A stretch of DNA of 64,000 nucleotides from Macrostomum lignano (taxonomy: Eukaryota). Below are positions 1 to 12,439 of the stretch, piece by piece. The translations under genes were made by a program, and so were the position numbers. The stretch is from the NCBI GenBank assembly GCA_002269645.1, contig NIVC01000406.1, forward strand, positions 30,052 through 94,051. Reading direction: 5' to 3'. Numbering within the stretch: the first letter of the stretch is position 1; every line of letters starts with the position of its first letter. Under the pieces are notes generated by a model. That model had not been told where the DNA came from, did not search any database, and saw only the letters and a program-made list of their open reading frames with translations.

Positions 1-629
1 GAGTTAAAATTACCTCAGGCTTGCCGCCAGCGAGCTCGGGTCGTTTCTGCTTTTGTCCAGTCGACTCTGCGGCCATTGCATTTGACGAACAAGTTTATTT
101 AAAATATTCCGCAGAAATTTCCGAAGCGATTTATTTTGAAACACGCAGCACATTTATAGCTGTTGTAGTGCCTGTCAGCCAACCAATGAGACTGAGGTTA
201 CCAACACGCATAGAAAAGCCTTCAGATCCCATTTTTTCATACTATACTACTTCTAATAGGAGATTCATTTCACTACATGTACTGAAGAGTTCTAACAATC
301 GTTTATTTTTTATCGTTTTTTTTCAACAGAAAACTCACATTCACGGTTTCGTTTAAACTGTGTACGAAAGTCGGCATGTAGCAATAACTCCGAGGAAAAT
401 GCTTGTTAATTTAATCTATATATTTCTAAGAGCTATATTGTAAATAGAATATGTATTTATGAAAGGCAATCCATCTATCAGACTGCAATTTGCTGAACAA
501 AAACATGGCATAATTGGATTATTATTCCAGCATGCATGTAAATGTTTCAACAAAATCATCCATTAATCATTCACTACTTTACTAGTATCACAGATGACTT
601 GCTCCGAGTCAGTTGATATGGCTCCATCA

Positions 630-947
<318 letters not shown>

Positions 948-1473
948 GTGGGCAGGCAGATGGGCAAACAGCTTGGCCAGCAGATTCAGTACAAAAAGTC
1001 TATTTGCATACCGGTTGGAGCATTGTTGTTGCATGAAAGGATGCAGTCCAGGAACAAGTTAAACATGGATATTGAGTAAACAGTCACAGTCATTGGCAAC
1101 TCATGATAATTAGCACGTGCAACCTATGACTCCCAACATGTAGCTGCATTTTTACATTGATTCCTCCGTTGTGTCAACTTTGAATACTCGTAGCTTCGAC
1201 CGGCCGTTTGGAAAACTGGGATGAACAATCCATCCAAGCATGTTTACTCAGCACACTGACAGAACTGGTCGTGTGAAATTTATAGGCTTCTTCCGGTACA
1301 AATACAGCCCTGAGCTGAGCAGGATTTGCTTCGGAAGCGATAAGTCCTATTGTTTGTTATACACCAATCGGAACACGTGTAGCTTTGCTTAAATACACCT
1401 GTCGGCCTGTCACGTCTCGTTTTTGAGTACGTAATTTGTCGTAGGATTGATTCTCAAGTGCTATCAATCCACA

Positions 1474-2434
1474 ATGTCGTCATCGTTGCTGTTGCTGCTT
1501 CTACTGTTTCTGCTGCATTGCCAGTCAGCTGGCACCAGCAACTGTCCGCCGCTGGGGCGTACGACTTTCAACTCGATGCCGTTGTGTCCGAAAACCGACG
1601 ACGATACAACCCGGACTCGCGTCAAGTATGAGTCTAAACCGAGCTGCGTTTACCGGTGTGCCATCGATCAGGCCTGCTCAGCCGTGCACATCAGTGCCGA
1701 GCAGTCCAAATGCTTGCTGGCTACATCAGCTCAATGGCAGGACAACTGGTTGAACCAGCTCGAGGTGCAGCTCTCTGTTCAAGCGGCCAGCGGCTCCGCA
1801 GAAGAGCGGTCTTGCCGAAGGCTTAGTCGCGTGGTACAACTTTCGCTATTCGCTGCTAAATCTGGCTGACGAGACCGTGCTGACGTCGAGCTTAACAATC
1901 GCGTCACAAAGGAACGTTTCTGGTGCAATTCTGAACTGTCGCAGTGGAAGCTGCATCCGCCTGTCGGTGCCAAACGGCGTGCAGAATATTGCGGGCCCGG
2001 CTGGTGAGTTCAGCTACTACGTGAAGGCGGAGCGAGACTACAAGTACAGCACTTACTATATGCGCGCTTCTTCTAGCTCAGCCGAATCGAGCGTTGAAGC
2101 TTTCCTAATGGAGTCGAACCGTAGAATTGTCTTTGGAAATGCCAAGGTCAGTGCTTACGGACAGGAAACTGGTCAAATCACTGATTCTGGAACCGCTACC
2201 GTGTCCATAGGTGTCACTTACGGAGTAGCTTTCAGTGCCTACTACAATGGAAGGCAACTTGTCGTTGGTAGCACTGGGACAAGGCTTCAATCTGTCCGTG
2301 CTGGAACCGACGTCCTTCTCGGATGCAAGCACAATGACGCATCGAAGACTCTGAGTGGACGAATTCTGTGCTTTGGCCTCTGGAATAGAAGCTTGTCGAT
2401 GAGTGATTTTGAAAATCTCGGCGGTGAATGCTGA
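1474..2434 (+). CDS. Secreted PAN/apple-domain + LamG/ConA-like protein, interrupted by one +1 frameshift near 1752 (pseudogene or assembly error)
   Basis: ATG at 1474, then a hydrophobic signal peptide (MSSSLLLLLLLFLLHCQS) and a PAN-like Cys pattern (SCVYRCAIDQACSAV...CLL). The next frame is open from 1754 to 2434 and reads ...GLAEGLVAWYNF...SIGVTY...AYYNG...LSGRILCFGLWNRSLS, typical LamG3 start and end motifs. Removing one base near TGGTTGAACC gives a ~319-aa ORF. No intron is evident. Confidence 0.7.
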
Positions 2435-2983
2435 TGCATGCTGGTTGTCGATTCATCTTTAGCTTAACTTTCGGCGTTTGAGCGGCTTAACACTTTGCAG
2501 CGCTGCAGTTGTGTGTTTTTTCTTTCACGATTTTATTTATCCCTCTCGGACTTTATTAGAAACCTTACTTTTTGGGACAAGTTTGGGATAGTGCAGACCG
2601 AATATTTTCTACAGCACTGAGAATATGGATCTCAGAGTTTGAACCTACTCTATCTCATGTGACACCATTGATTGTGTTACATCGTGACCACAGCTCCTAC
2701 AATAAGAACGCAAGATGGGTCAACTCAAATGTCTGTTTTGCCTCACGATTGTTCCACTAGCCTGACAACAGTTGTTTCTATGCCTCAAATTGATGCGATA
2801 CATGAACTTCATGTATTTTATTGACGTTGAAATTTGCTAAAACAACTTGATTCAATGTTGATAGTTCTTATTTTTACTACATGGATGGTTAAACATGGTT
2901 TCTATGAGACATTGCTGCTGAAATTTGGCATAATTTGTGCTGATTTCTATGGCCGAAGTACAAAACTTGCTTGCCTTTACCGC

Positions 2984-3222
2984 TCGGACTTACAACTGAG
3001 GGGGGTTCGATTCTCGACCCACTCAGAACAATTTGTGTCCTTGAGCTCAAGACACTTAACTCTGCATTGCTTCAGTTCACCCAGCTGTAAAATGGGTGCC
3101 AGCATTAGCTGGGATAATTGAAGGTGTGTGTGGCGACCCCCAAGTCCTTGGACTAAACAGCCGTACGCAGCGAGTTTTCAGATTCGCTGCGCGATAGCTG
3201 CGGCTGAGCTGTTGGTTGCATA
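2984..3222 (+). mobile_element. tRNA-derived SINE with a Nin/Deu-like central domain (copy A, 5'-truncated)
   Basis: B-box-like GGTTCGATTC, then GTCCTTGAGCTCAAGACACTTAACTC...CACCCAGCTGTAAAATGGGTGCC. Reverse-complement matches at 48018-48101 and 61322-61508. The domain name is from memory of SINE central domains. Confidence 0.7.
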
Positions 3223-3639
3223 TCATCCCATTAGGACAGGTGTACTCAATTACATGTATGTATTATTATTATTATTTCAAGCGCCACACAGATCCATGGC
3301 AGGCAGAAATTGAAATGAGCTGTTTTTTCAGAGCTTTGCAATTGTCTTTGCTATTGATCGAGAAATTCATTCTTTTCACGGAGCTGCTCAAAGGCTTGCT
3401 AAGATTAAACATAATGCATTCAAAAGCCAATCATCTTTAAACAGAAACGACCTGGTTTTTAATTTTAACAAGATGTTTTTCTCGTCATATTGCTTAAAAT
3501 TGGCATGTTAAAAATGCAAAATAAATTTTCGCAATTGCCTCCGGTTTCTATAAGAATATTTTCCTTTTGCAAATAGGGTGCGCCCTCAGCCCCAGTCGAC
3601 GTCCCAGCCCCGGTTCTCGGCCATTTATTACATGTAGGT

Positions 3640-3790
3640 TCAGCGTCATGTCGCCGCCCCGTACTCGGCCTCCGAGTCCCGAACCAGCGCTTCGTCCATG
3701 TACACATCGACCTGCTGGGGCCATTGCCGCCTTCGCAAGATATTTGACCTATTCACCAGATGGGCGGAGGCAATCCCAACGGTCGACACC
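3640..3790 (+). pseudogene. Degenerate Ty3/Gypsy integrase fragment
   Basis: Across frameshifts and a stop it reads VQRHVAAP / VPNQRFVHVHIDLLGPLPPS / FTRWAEAIP, matching the Gypsy integrase core start (RFxHVHIDLVGPLP...FTRWPEAIP). Confidence 0.8.
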
Positions 3791-4064
3791 TGCATGTATC
3801 ACATGTACTTTATAACTCCGCATGCAGTACTGTACGTCCCTGCACCTGCTGCCTTTAATTGTGAGGACCCAGTGGATCGCCAGGTTCGGCGTGCAGAACT
3901 ACATGTACATCACTTTGGACTGCACCTCCCTGCAGTTCACAGCAAGCTTTGGTCTAACTTAACGTCTGATGACTTCACGCCACTGTCTGCGCACCTCCAT
4001 GTGTGCTTAATTATAATGCTCCCATGCATAACTGTGCCACCTACACATGTAGCTGCTTAGCGTT

Positions 4065-4290
4065 ATGACATTTCGGGTTTGTGATATTTTCTCAATCGGG
4101 TTTATGATGGGCGTTGCTAACACTTTCGGAGTTATGATATTTCGGGTTTGTGATATTTTCTCAATCGGGTTTATGATGGGCGTTGCTAACACTTTCGGAG
4201 TTATGATATTTCGGGTTTGTGATATTTTCTCAATCGGGTTTATGATGGGCGTTGCTAACACTTTCGGAGTTATGATATTTTGGGTTCATG
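4065..4290. repeat. 63-bp tandem repeat, about 3.5 copies
   Basis: Unit ATGATATTTCGGGTTTGTGATATTTTCTCAATCGGGTTTATGATGGGCGTTGCTAACACTTTCGGAGTT-like; gives 21-aa periodic spurious ORFs. Confidence 0.9.
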
Positions 4291-4338
4291 ATGGGCAATG
4301 CTATTTTAGTTTTCGGAGTTGTAACTTTTCGGGGTGAT

Positions 4339-6167
4339 TGATGAGGACGCACTTTTTCCCAAATTCCACGCTAGCACATGGGCTCTAAACTTACTAGCCT
4401 ACTAACAGTGGGCAATGGGCATTTTTATCCTTTTTCTGCGAATTTTCATAGAATCTATACTAGATATAATGTCTGGCCATACTAGTAGTCATAATAACAG
4501 GCGAAGCTTTTTGGGTCATAAATCATCGCTTTCGAAGCTGGTCTGACAGCCACCTGCGCCTCACTCAGTGTTGAGGCGGGCGCCAGATGGTCTGAGGGGA
4601 TGCGGGCGGTAGCTTTTTTCTCATCATTTTGACAGGCCATCAAGATTTATGAGGTCAGAGCCTATTGTTCGTGTTCACTCAAGCGTGTGACAGCTTTGAC
4701 AGCTATGCGTTTTACCTCTAAAAGTACTTTGGGATTAGCGATTAGCGATTTCTCTTCATTATCTTCACTTTCTATTTAATAAGAGCTTTTTAATGTATAT
4801 TTTTTCATTAACTTTTGTCAATTCTACGCGAAAAGTCATAAATCATTTTGTTGCGATTTTGATTGATTTATGGCCGCACCTGTCATGTTTTTACGACCCT
4901 GTGGGAACTGATAGGATCTCCCGGTCACGTGATTCTGGGTGGCAACAAGCTTAGCCAATCAGAAAATTCGACGCTCATTTTCGGCTCAGCCAATCAGAAT
5001 TGACGTGTCCCATTATAACAAACTGCGGTCCAGTTGGCGGCTATTTAAACCGGTGTTTTTCGCGCCGAGCGCCGATATCGATACGCGTATCGATCACCTA
5101 GTGATCGGGGCGCCATGCAGCCAATGAGAGGCGAGGAGGGTTGACACCCACCCCACCTCCAAAATCAACGGATTTTGGTGTCCATGTAGTGAGGCTACCT
5201 AGACTTGCTTGATTGGGTGATTCCTTATCTGTCCCCTGTTTCAGTAGCTGGATTAGGCGCACACTTTTGCTCATTTTGTTCAGTAGTGCTGCTACTGAGG
5301 CAGAAGTCATTCGATAATACTGCTAGTAGTCTAAAGCTCCAATTCAATCTGAAGTGTGAAGTGATCTAAGGAGAATGTTAAATCTAACAGTTATTTTTTA
5401 TCGGTTTTATTTCTTTGTTCGCCGATGGCTCAGATGAGCGGCTAAGCTAGTAGGCGCCGGTCACAGTGGACCAATGGCAAGGCAGTTCTCAGTCGATCAA
5501 TCTAACAAATCAGTTAGCGAAACTGCCAGTAGTGCAGAATCGGCGCCAGAGATGTACTTTGTGCACTCTAGGTTAGCCAAGCGGCTCGGGTGATGAATCA
5601 TGCGGTCTCTGATGTTCGAGTTAGCCTATCATCAGCGCTAGGAGAGGCTAGTTGGCGCGTTGAAGGCCAAAAGTACAATTCCTCGTATTTAGCAATGTAA
5701 TAGTACATGTAGCTACCCCATAGACTCGCTACTGCAAGAATCCCCTGCACAAGTCCCCTCTGTACCTGCATGGCCAATGCGATCTAGTCCCAGCAGTGTC
5801 CCTTATCATCGGCTATGACTTCGAGATTGACAGCAAAAAGACACTAGTTGGCAGGTAAGTGCAAAGCCCCTTCTAGTCGGAAGCCCGATTTCGAGAGTCC
5901 CGGTGTGGTGAGCCAGGACGTACGGGCTGGTGGCAGCGAGCTAGCTAATCTGCGGATTAACTAATTTCTACCTTCAAAATCCTCCTTGCTTGTCTCTCGC
6001 TGTCCCTCTCTTAGCTATAGGACCTAGACTGCTCGCCACATGATCAAGCTACCATGGGGCTGACCATATCTGACAGGAGTGGGGGGCCAGGACTCTAATT
6101 GATTTATTTCTGAGACCTGAGGCCCGAAGGCTTCCCCACAAGGGGGCCGAAAGGCCGAAACCCATCA
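4339..6167 (+). mobile_element. Solo-LTR-like element, copy 1 (1829 bp)
   Basis: Termini TGATGAGG...CCCATCA (TG...CA), flanked by a 4-bp TSD TGAT (4335-4338 / 6168-6171). Colinear with 30152-32156. Internal E-box 4926, CCAAT 4955 and 4990, TATTTAAA 5042. No coding capacity seen. Confidence 0.8.
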
Positions 6168-6597
6168 TGATGATGGCGACCCGACCCGGCGACCCCTAAA
6201 CAGTCACACGCATACTATACTATACTTTTGGAAACCAATTGCAATGAACCGCTTTAACCATGCATGGCGGTATCCTTGCATTTGGAGACCCACCACACAA
6301 TAAATTGATGTGTACATTGTCGTCTGTTTAATTTTTCAAACTTTCGTACTCGCAACATCGACTTCAATTTATGCTCCCAATTAATACCCCGAATTTTATT
6401 TAATTGGTTAATTTTGGTACTTCGAAAATTTTTTATAATACCCTGCAAATAACTTTCAATTAAAATGACTGGTTGTTGAAAGCCTCTGGGACATTAATTG
6501 GTAGAGCTATTTAGAACGCAGCTTGTTATTAGATGATACATCCGCCGGCCTATCATACTAGTAAAAAGGGCAAACTTGCATTGCAATATATGCCAAT

Positions 6598-6640
6598 TTG
6601 TCCTGACGAAGAGCCTAGAGGCTCGAAACCGGTAGCCTAT
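6598..6640 (+). ncRNA. Minimal type-I hammerhead ribozyme motif of the kind carried by Penelope-like elements; stem I degenerate
   Basis: CUGACGA (6603-6609), extra A, stem II GAGCC-UAGA-GGCUC (6611-6624), GAAA (6625-6628), palindromic ACCGGU stem III, and GUA cleavage triplet (6632-6634). Stem I pairing is poor. Confidence 0.65.
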
Positions 6641-6674
6641 CTAAAAAATATTTTAACACGCTGTGACCTCTCTT

Positions 6675-6675
<1 letters not shown>

Positions 6676-6755
<80 letters not shown>
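6676..6755. repeat. (CT)n microsatellite
   Basis: About 40 CT units directly visible. Confidence 0.98.
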
Positions 6756-6758
<3 letters not shown>

Positions 6759-7249
6759 TATTTTCCTCTTGCGAGCCTCTAAGTACTGTTAGAATATGCA
6801 TGCAGCGACGATTAGAATACGTTTCAGTACGATGTCCTTGTGTTATCTAGCTTCGCAGCGTCACGGCTAAAATTATGTCTAAAGTGATGTGATGGTTGAT
6901 GGTTCCTAAAAAGAAGGAACGGTTAACGACGCCATTTTCAGTTTTAAAGAAACAACAGAACAGAATGCCACAAATTAGCTAATAAAATGCTTAAAAATTA
7001 CTTTTGCTATATAACATTATTCAAGGCATTTAAATATTTTTACTGAAAAATTGGTTAATTATATGATATTTAATGCCGGAATTTTCGAATCAGTGGCTCG
7101 GCCGGCCGTATGTATTTAAACTGGCAAGTGGCTTGACTGGATCAGGGTCGCAATGTTATGATCTCAGCCCTCGCAGTCCTCGCAGCCCTCGCATATCACC
7201 AAAACCACAGTATGTTCGTGCCTTGTGCAATATGCTACGGTTGGGCCTA

Positions 7250-9300
7250 GACTCAGCTCTGGAGAAAATCTTTTACACTTTTATGTACTATTTTAAATAT
7301 GAAATCTGCTCGTAAAAATAGGCCATTGCTGTGTAAAGATAGCAATTATTAAAGATTGATTGTTAATTACTAGGCCTAATTAACATCATCAAATAATTAT
7401 TTGCTTTTTGTTTTGAATATAAATTATGACAATCTTAATTCTTAAGCCTAGGCCTACACAATTCTTGAAGTACCTGTTGTATTGACTTCTAATTCTAATG
7501 GCCTACTTTGATATGTAGGCCTATACTAAGCTAAGAGCCTGCCTAGTATTAGTAAAACCTAGGCCTAGTTGACTCCATCTAGAGACCCCTTGTATATGCC
7601 AAAATTCTCAATGACAGAGGCCACCTCTTGACAATGGTTCCTCACTGGGTTTTAACTTTTTTGTGTCACTAATATTCCATAGCAAGGGGAAAGCCAAATT
7701 TGAGACAAACTTAAAACAAAGTCAAGCTCTCAATATAAATTAAATATACATAATATTAATAATATATTTAGGCCTTAACTTTGGGTGTGGGTCATTTTGT
7801 CTACTGTTAGTTTGTCTGCTCTCTGCTAGAGGTCCATGCTAGGGTAGGTAGGCAGGACTAGGCAGTTTATCTGCTAGCTTGTATTGTTTCCAATGAAAAA
7901 ATACCTAGTAAAAAAGCAATAAAACATATCTTGGTATAAATAACAATATTTGCTGCAAAACAGCATCTATTTTTTCATTTAGGCCTAGTGCTAGGCCCTA
8001 CTTTTATTAAGAAGATAAATATTGATTTATCTTAAGGCCTAGGACTAGGTCTTGAATGTGCATTTTGATTTTAGTAGACATTTTGCATAAAGTAGGCCTT
8101 GGCCTTATGAAGTTCATATAGTTTCTCAATGAATTTCTTTTAGCATTATATATAGTAAATAAACTTATAGGCCTAATTAATATATTATAAAATCATATTT
8201 AAAATGAAAGCTAAATTATATAGGCCTAGTATCATCTTTTTAAATTGTTATATAGCATGCCATAGTCTAGATCATGCTAGGGCCTAGGTGCACACGTGAA
8301 TTAAAATTGTATAATTAGAAATGCATGCCAAAAAATTTTGAGTATATTATTACACTCTCAAATCTATTCTGGTGTTGTGACATTGAATAACCTTTTTGAG
8401 TTGCATAGAAGACCTTTTTTGGCTAATAATTTGGTTGATTTTTTGCTTTTTTGCTTAAACTATTCACAGTAAAAAAGTGATACATACAAAGATCTGTTCA
8501 AATGCCTTATTATGAGATTTAAAAACTCGGAAGCTTGAAATTTATGCTTAAAAAAACTTTACCACTTATCTCTTACCACTTACCACTTGTTTTACCACTT
8601 AACAAGTAAATTTTCTACGTGATTCTATAAGGTGCATAGCTAGTATCCATGCATACTATTTTTTACCAGTGATACACACCATGCAAGGCCAATGCAGGCC
8701 CAAATTTTTGGGCATATATTACGCAATCTAGAGTGTAGATAGCATGTAAATAAACTATAACAATTTTTCCTTTTGCTTTAAATATTGGCAACCAAGCACG
8801 AATGAATTAGCCTAACTAATCAGATAATATTGTATGTAATATATAATATAGTGCTATATTGGTACTATAAAGTTGATTATTAAATGGCAATAGCCAAGAA
8901 GAAATTGAAAAAATGTGCAAAGTGAGGCTACTCAGGCAGTTAAACATTTAACAAAGTTAAATAATAAGGCCTCCCTACACTGATTTTTTCTTAGAAGATC
9001 CAAACTGATTCTGGTTTTAGAATTGGTTAATATGAAAAAAGTCTGTTTATGCCTTAAGTGCAATTTGCTATGGCTGGCCTAAACTTTTTTGAAGAAAATC
9101 TTTACACTGTCCATGTGCTATTTTTTTAATATGAATCTGCTTGCTTTTAAAAATATGCTTAGGCTATATAAAAATAATAATTAACAAAGATTGATTAGTA
9201 ATTAAATTAATAATAGGTATAATTAATTAGGCCTAACTGCTAATATCAAAAAATAATTTTTTGCTTTATGAAGTATTTTTCCTGTAACAAATTATATATC
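7250..9300. repeat. AT-rich diverged repeat family with an internal ~1.83-kb-spaced direct repeat; related to 50000-52700
   Basis: 7255-7400 resembles 9085-9270 (GAAAATCTTT.ACACT...AAAGATTGATT...AGGCCTAA). 8250-8450 resembles 50740-50950 (TAGATCATGCTAG...AAATGCAT.CCAAAAAATTTT...TAATAATTTGGTT). Confidence 0.6.
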
Positions 9301-9535
9301 AAAAGGGTATGGGAATTCTTGGCTATGCTTTTTATTGCTAAAATATCAAACAATCTTTTAAATTAATTTTTTGTGTATGAAATATTTCATATTTTTAAAT
9401 TTTTAGCTAAAATTACAGTACCAGAGATAAAAAATCTATCAGATGCAGAATTATTATAAATTTTTGTTTGAGTATAAACTTATTTTTTTAATGTACCTTG
9501 TCTAACACACAAATATCTTGTCATTGGCAACCAAT

Positions 9536-9796
9536 CATACATGCGCAACTTCTGGCCAACCTGGCCGATCTGGCCACCGTAAATTGTGGTGGACCAGGAG
9601 TAAGTCGCAAAGATGCCCAGCCTAAAGAATAGACGTATTACTAATTAGATGACGAGGCATTTAGCCCTTATAAGACAATCATAGCTACTCCTGCCGTTTA
9701 CCCAAAAGGGTTAGGTTTCTTTTACAGGTTAGTCGCATTATTGGTCAAAAATTAAGTCGCATGGCCAGTGTAAATCAGGGGGGTTGCGCATGTATG
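9536..9796. mobile_element. hAT-type MITE (261 bp)
   Basis: Perfect 14-bp TIRs CATACATGCGCAAC / GTTGCGCATGTATG and an 8-bp TSD CAACCAAT (9528-9535 / 9797-9804). An 8-bp TSD fits hAT (or P). Confidence 0.85.
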
Positions 9797-9939
9797 CAAC
9801 CAATTGTTTTCTAATTTTTTATATCTAACATGTAGTTTTATATCTGCAAGTTTGATTACATTAATTGTCTGATCGTTGCATGCAGTAGTATTCATTATTA
9901 ATCTTTGCTATACAAACAGAGCAATACTTATTGAATTGA

Positions 9940-10146
<207 letters not shown>

Positions 10147-10399
10147 TTATTGATTTTGCCACTGATGGCTGTGTCACTTCTGATTAGCTTTGTTATGGGT
10201 TTATTTTCTGTCGCTTAGGATTGCAATTGACTAAAGTGCTTTGAGTAAATGATTTCAGGGTAGCCTTGCTATACTGATACTTTACCTTGTTAGGATTTTG
10301 ATTTATCCAGGCGTATGACATTGGGATCTCAGATTTAAGGGTTCAGAAAGTGGAATATCAGATCTGGATTCTAAAACTGTGATCTCGGATTCAGGATTC

Positions 10400-11290
10400 T
10401 GAAATTGGGATGAAGATTTTTTAAGATTCTGAAATTGGAATCTTAGATTTTTGGGATTCTGAAATTGGGATCTTCGATCTGGGATTCTAAAATTGGGATT
10501 TTAGATTTGGGATTCTGAAATTGAGATCTTAATTCGGGATTCTGAAATCGGGATCTTAGATTTTTGGGATTCTGAAATCGGGATCTTGGATTTTTGGGAT
10601 TCTGAAATCGGGATCTTGGATTTTTGGGATTCTGAAATCGGGATCTTAGATTTTTGGGATTCTGAAATCGGGATCTTGGATTTTTGGGATTCTGAAATCG
10701 GGATCTTAGATTTTTGGGATTCTGAAATCGGGATCCTAGATTTTTGGGATTCTGAAATTGGGATCCTAGATTTTAGGGATTCTGAAATTGGGATCCTAGA
10801 TTTTTGGGATTCTGAAATTGGGATCCTAGATTTTAGGGATTCTGAAATTGGGATCCTAGATTTTTGGGATTCTGAAATTGGGATCCTAGATTTTTGGGAT
10901 TCTGAAATTGGGATCCTAGATTTTTGGGATTCTGAAATTGGGATCCTAGATTTTTGGGATTCTGAAATTGGGATCCTAGATTTTTGGGATTCTGAAATTG
11001 GGATCCTAGATTTTTGGGATTCTGAAATTGGGATCCTAGATTTTTGGGATTCTGAAATTGGGATCCTAGATTTTTGGGATTCTGAAATTGGGATCCTAGA
11101 TTTTTGGGATTCTGAAATTGGGATCCTAGATTTTTGGGATTCTGAAATTGGGATCCTAGATTTTTGGGATTCTGAAATTGGGATCTTCGATCTGGGATTC
11201 TAAAATTGGAATCTTGGATTTGGGATACTGGAACTGGGATCTTAGATTTTTGGGATTCAAAAATATTGATTTTAGATTCGGGATTCTAAA
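10400..11290. repeat. 30-bp minisatellite
   Basis: Unit GATTCTGAAATTGGGATCCTAGATTTTTGG; produces the spurious DFWDSEIGIL ORF. Confidence 0.97.
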
Positions 11291-12439
11291 AATGGGATTT
11301 CGGATTTGATTTGGGATTCTGGAACGAACTGTTATCTTAGATTTATGATTGTGAAATCATTAAGAGTATTTCTATTGACCAATTTTGCTTAAATTTGTTC
11401 GAATTCATTCAAAAATTGCTTGCGGTTTTCAGTGTTTTAATCAACTATGAAAAATTGATTACAGAATATTCTTGTGGTGTTGGCACGCGGTGTCATTTCA
11501 GTTTAATTTTGTCTGTGTGTTTGGCTTGAATTTGTCATTTTTTGTGCCTTGGATGGAAATCAGTTGGGAGCAATCATTACTTGGTATTAAAGAGCATTCT
11601 GATTATTATTATAGGCATAAATTTCACGCACGCGCACAATATGTCGTTCTTCCACTGTTGAATTTTTTAAGAGCATAAAATCCATTTTGTTTGTTAACTA
11701 GTTTTGATTGATTGTTGTTTCAATTTTCCTCTTGTCAATTGGTATTTTATATAACTTATGCACAGTTTTAGTGTCAATCGGCGTTCGCCTACTGTCAGTA
11801 ATACGTTGGATTTTTTGTTGTTTTTTTAATCAATGAAATTTTAGAAAGAAACTCTAAGATTTCCGATTCCCTAGTCGTGTAATTAGATTTGTAATGATGA
11901 AGCTAGATTGGATCACTGGGATAATTCCAACTACGAGTATGTAGTCATGAATTCTGTAAGAGCAAAAGTGATTAAAATAAAATATAATCAAAAACCCGCA
12001 CCTTTATAAACCCTCTAAAACAGGTGTTGTGCTTTATTTTGTTCATCTTCTGCACTGTTTGCTTTTTCTCTCGTTATTTTGTATTTTTTTAATTTTTTTT
12101 CTTGTCTGTGTGCCTGCGTGTGTTTTTAACAGTAAAGAATGCAACACTCATTTCCTTTGCGTATTTTGCTTCCCGTGTGTTTACATTAATTCAGTTGACA
12201 TCAATAATGTTCGCAATAAATGACCATTAATTAATTATCTAATCTTCTCATCTTCAGCACCCTGTTGGCAGGCGCTGCCCCCCTAATGCTGGGTTCTGGA
12301 TTTTGATTCTGAAAAGTCTGAAAACTTAAGTATTTAATTGGTGATTTTTGAGCTGCTTTGCCAATCTGGGCTTCTTCAAAATATTGTAAAGCCGTTTTCA
12401 TGCAATTTACTTTTATTTATTTTCTCGGTTTAGGCACGT

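Noticed and set aside
6130-6167. GGCCGAAAGGCCGAAAC as a hammerhead ribozyme
   Set aside because: The required upstream CUGANGA is absent (CACAAGG instead). Joining to the TGATGA at the element start gives the wrong strand order and leaves no room for stems I and III.
6400-6560. Possible GIY-YIG C-terminal remnant upstream of the hammerhead
   Set aside because: Too degenerate (several stops, no GIY/YIG motif) to support by eye.
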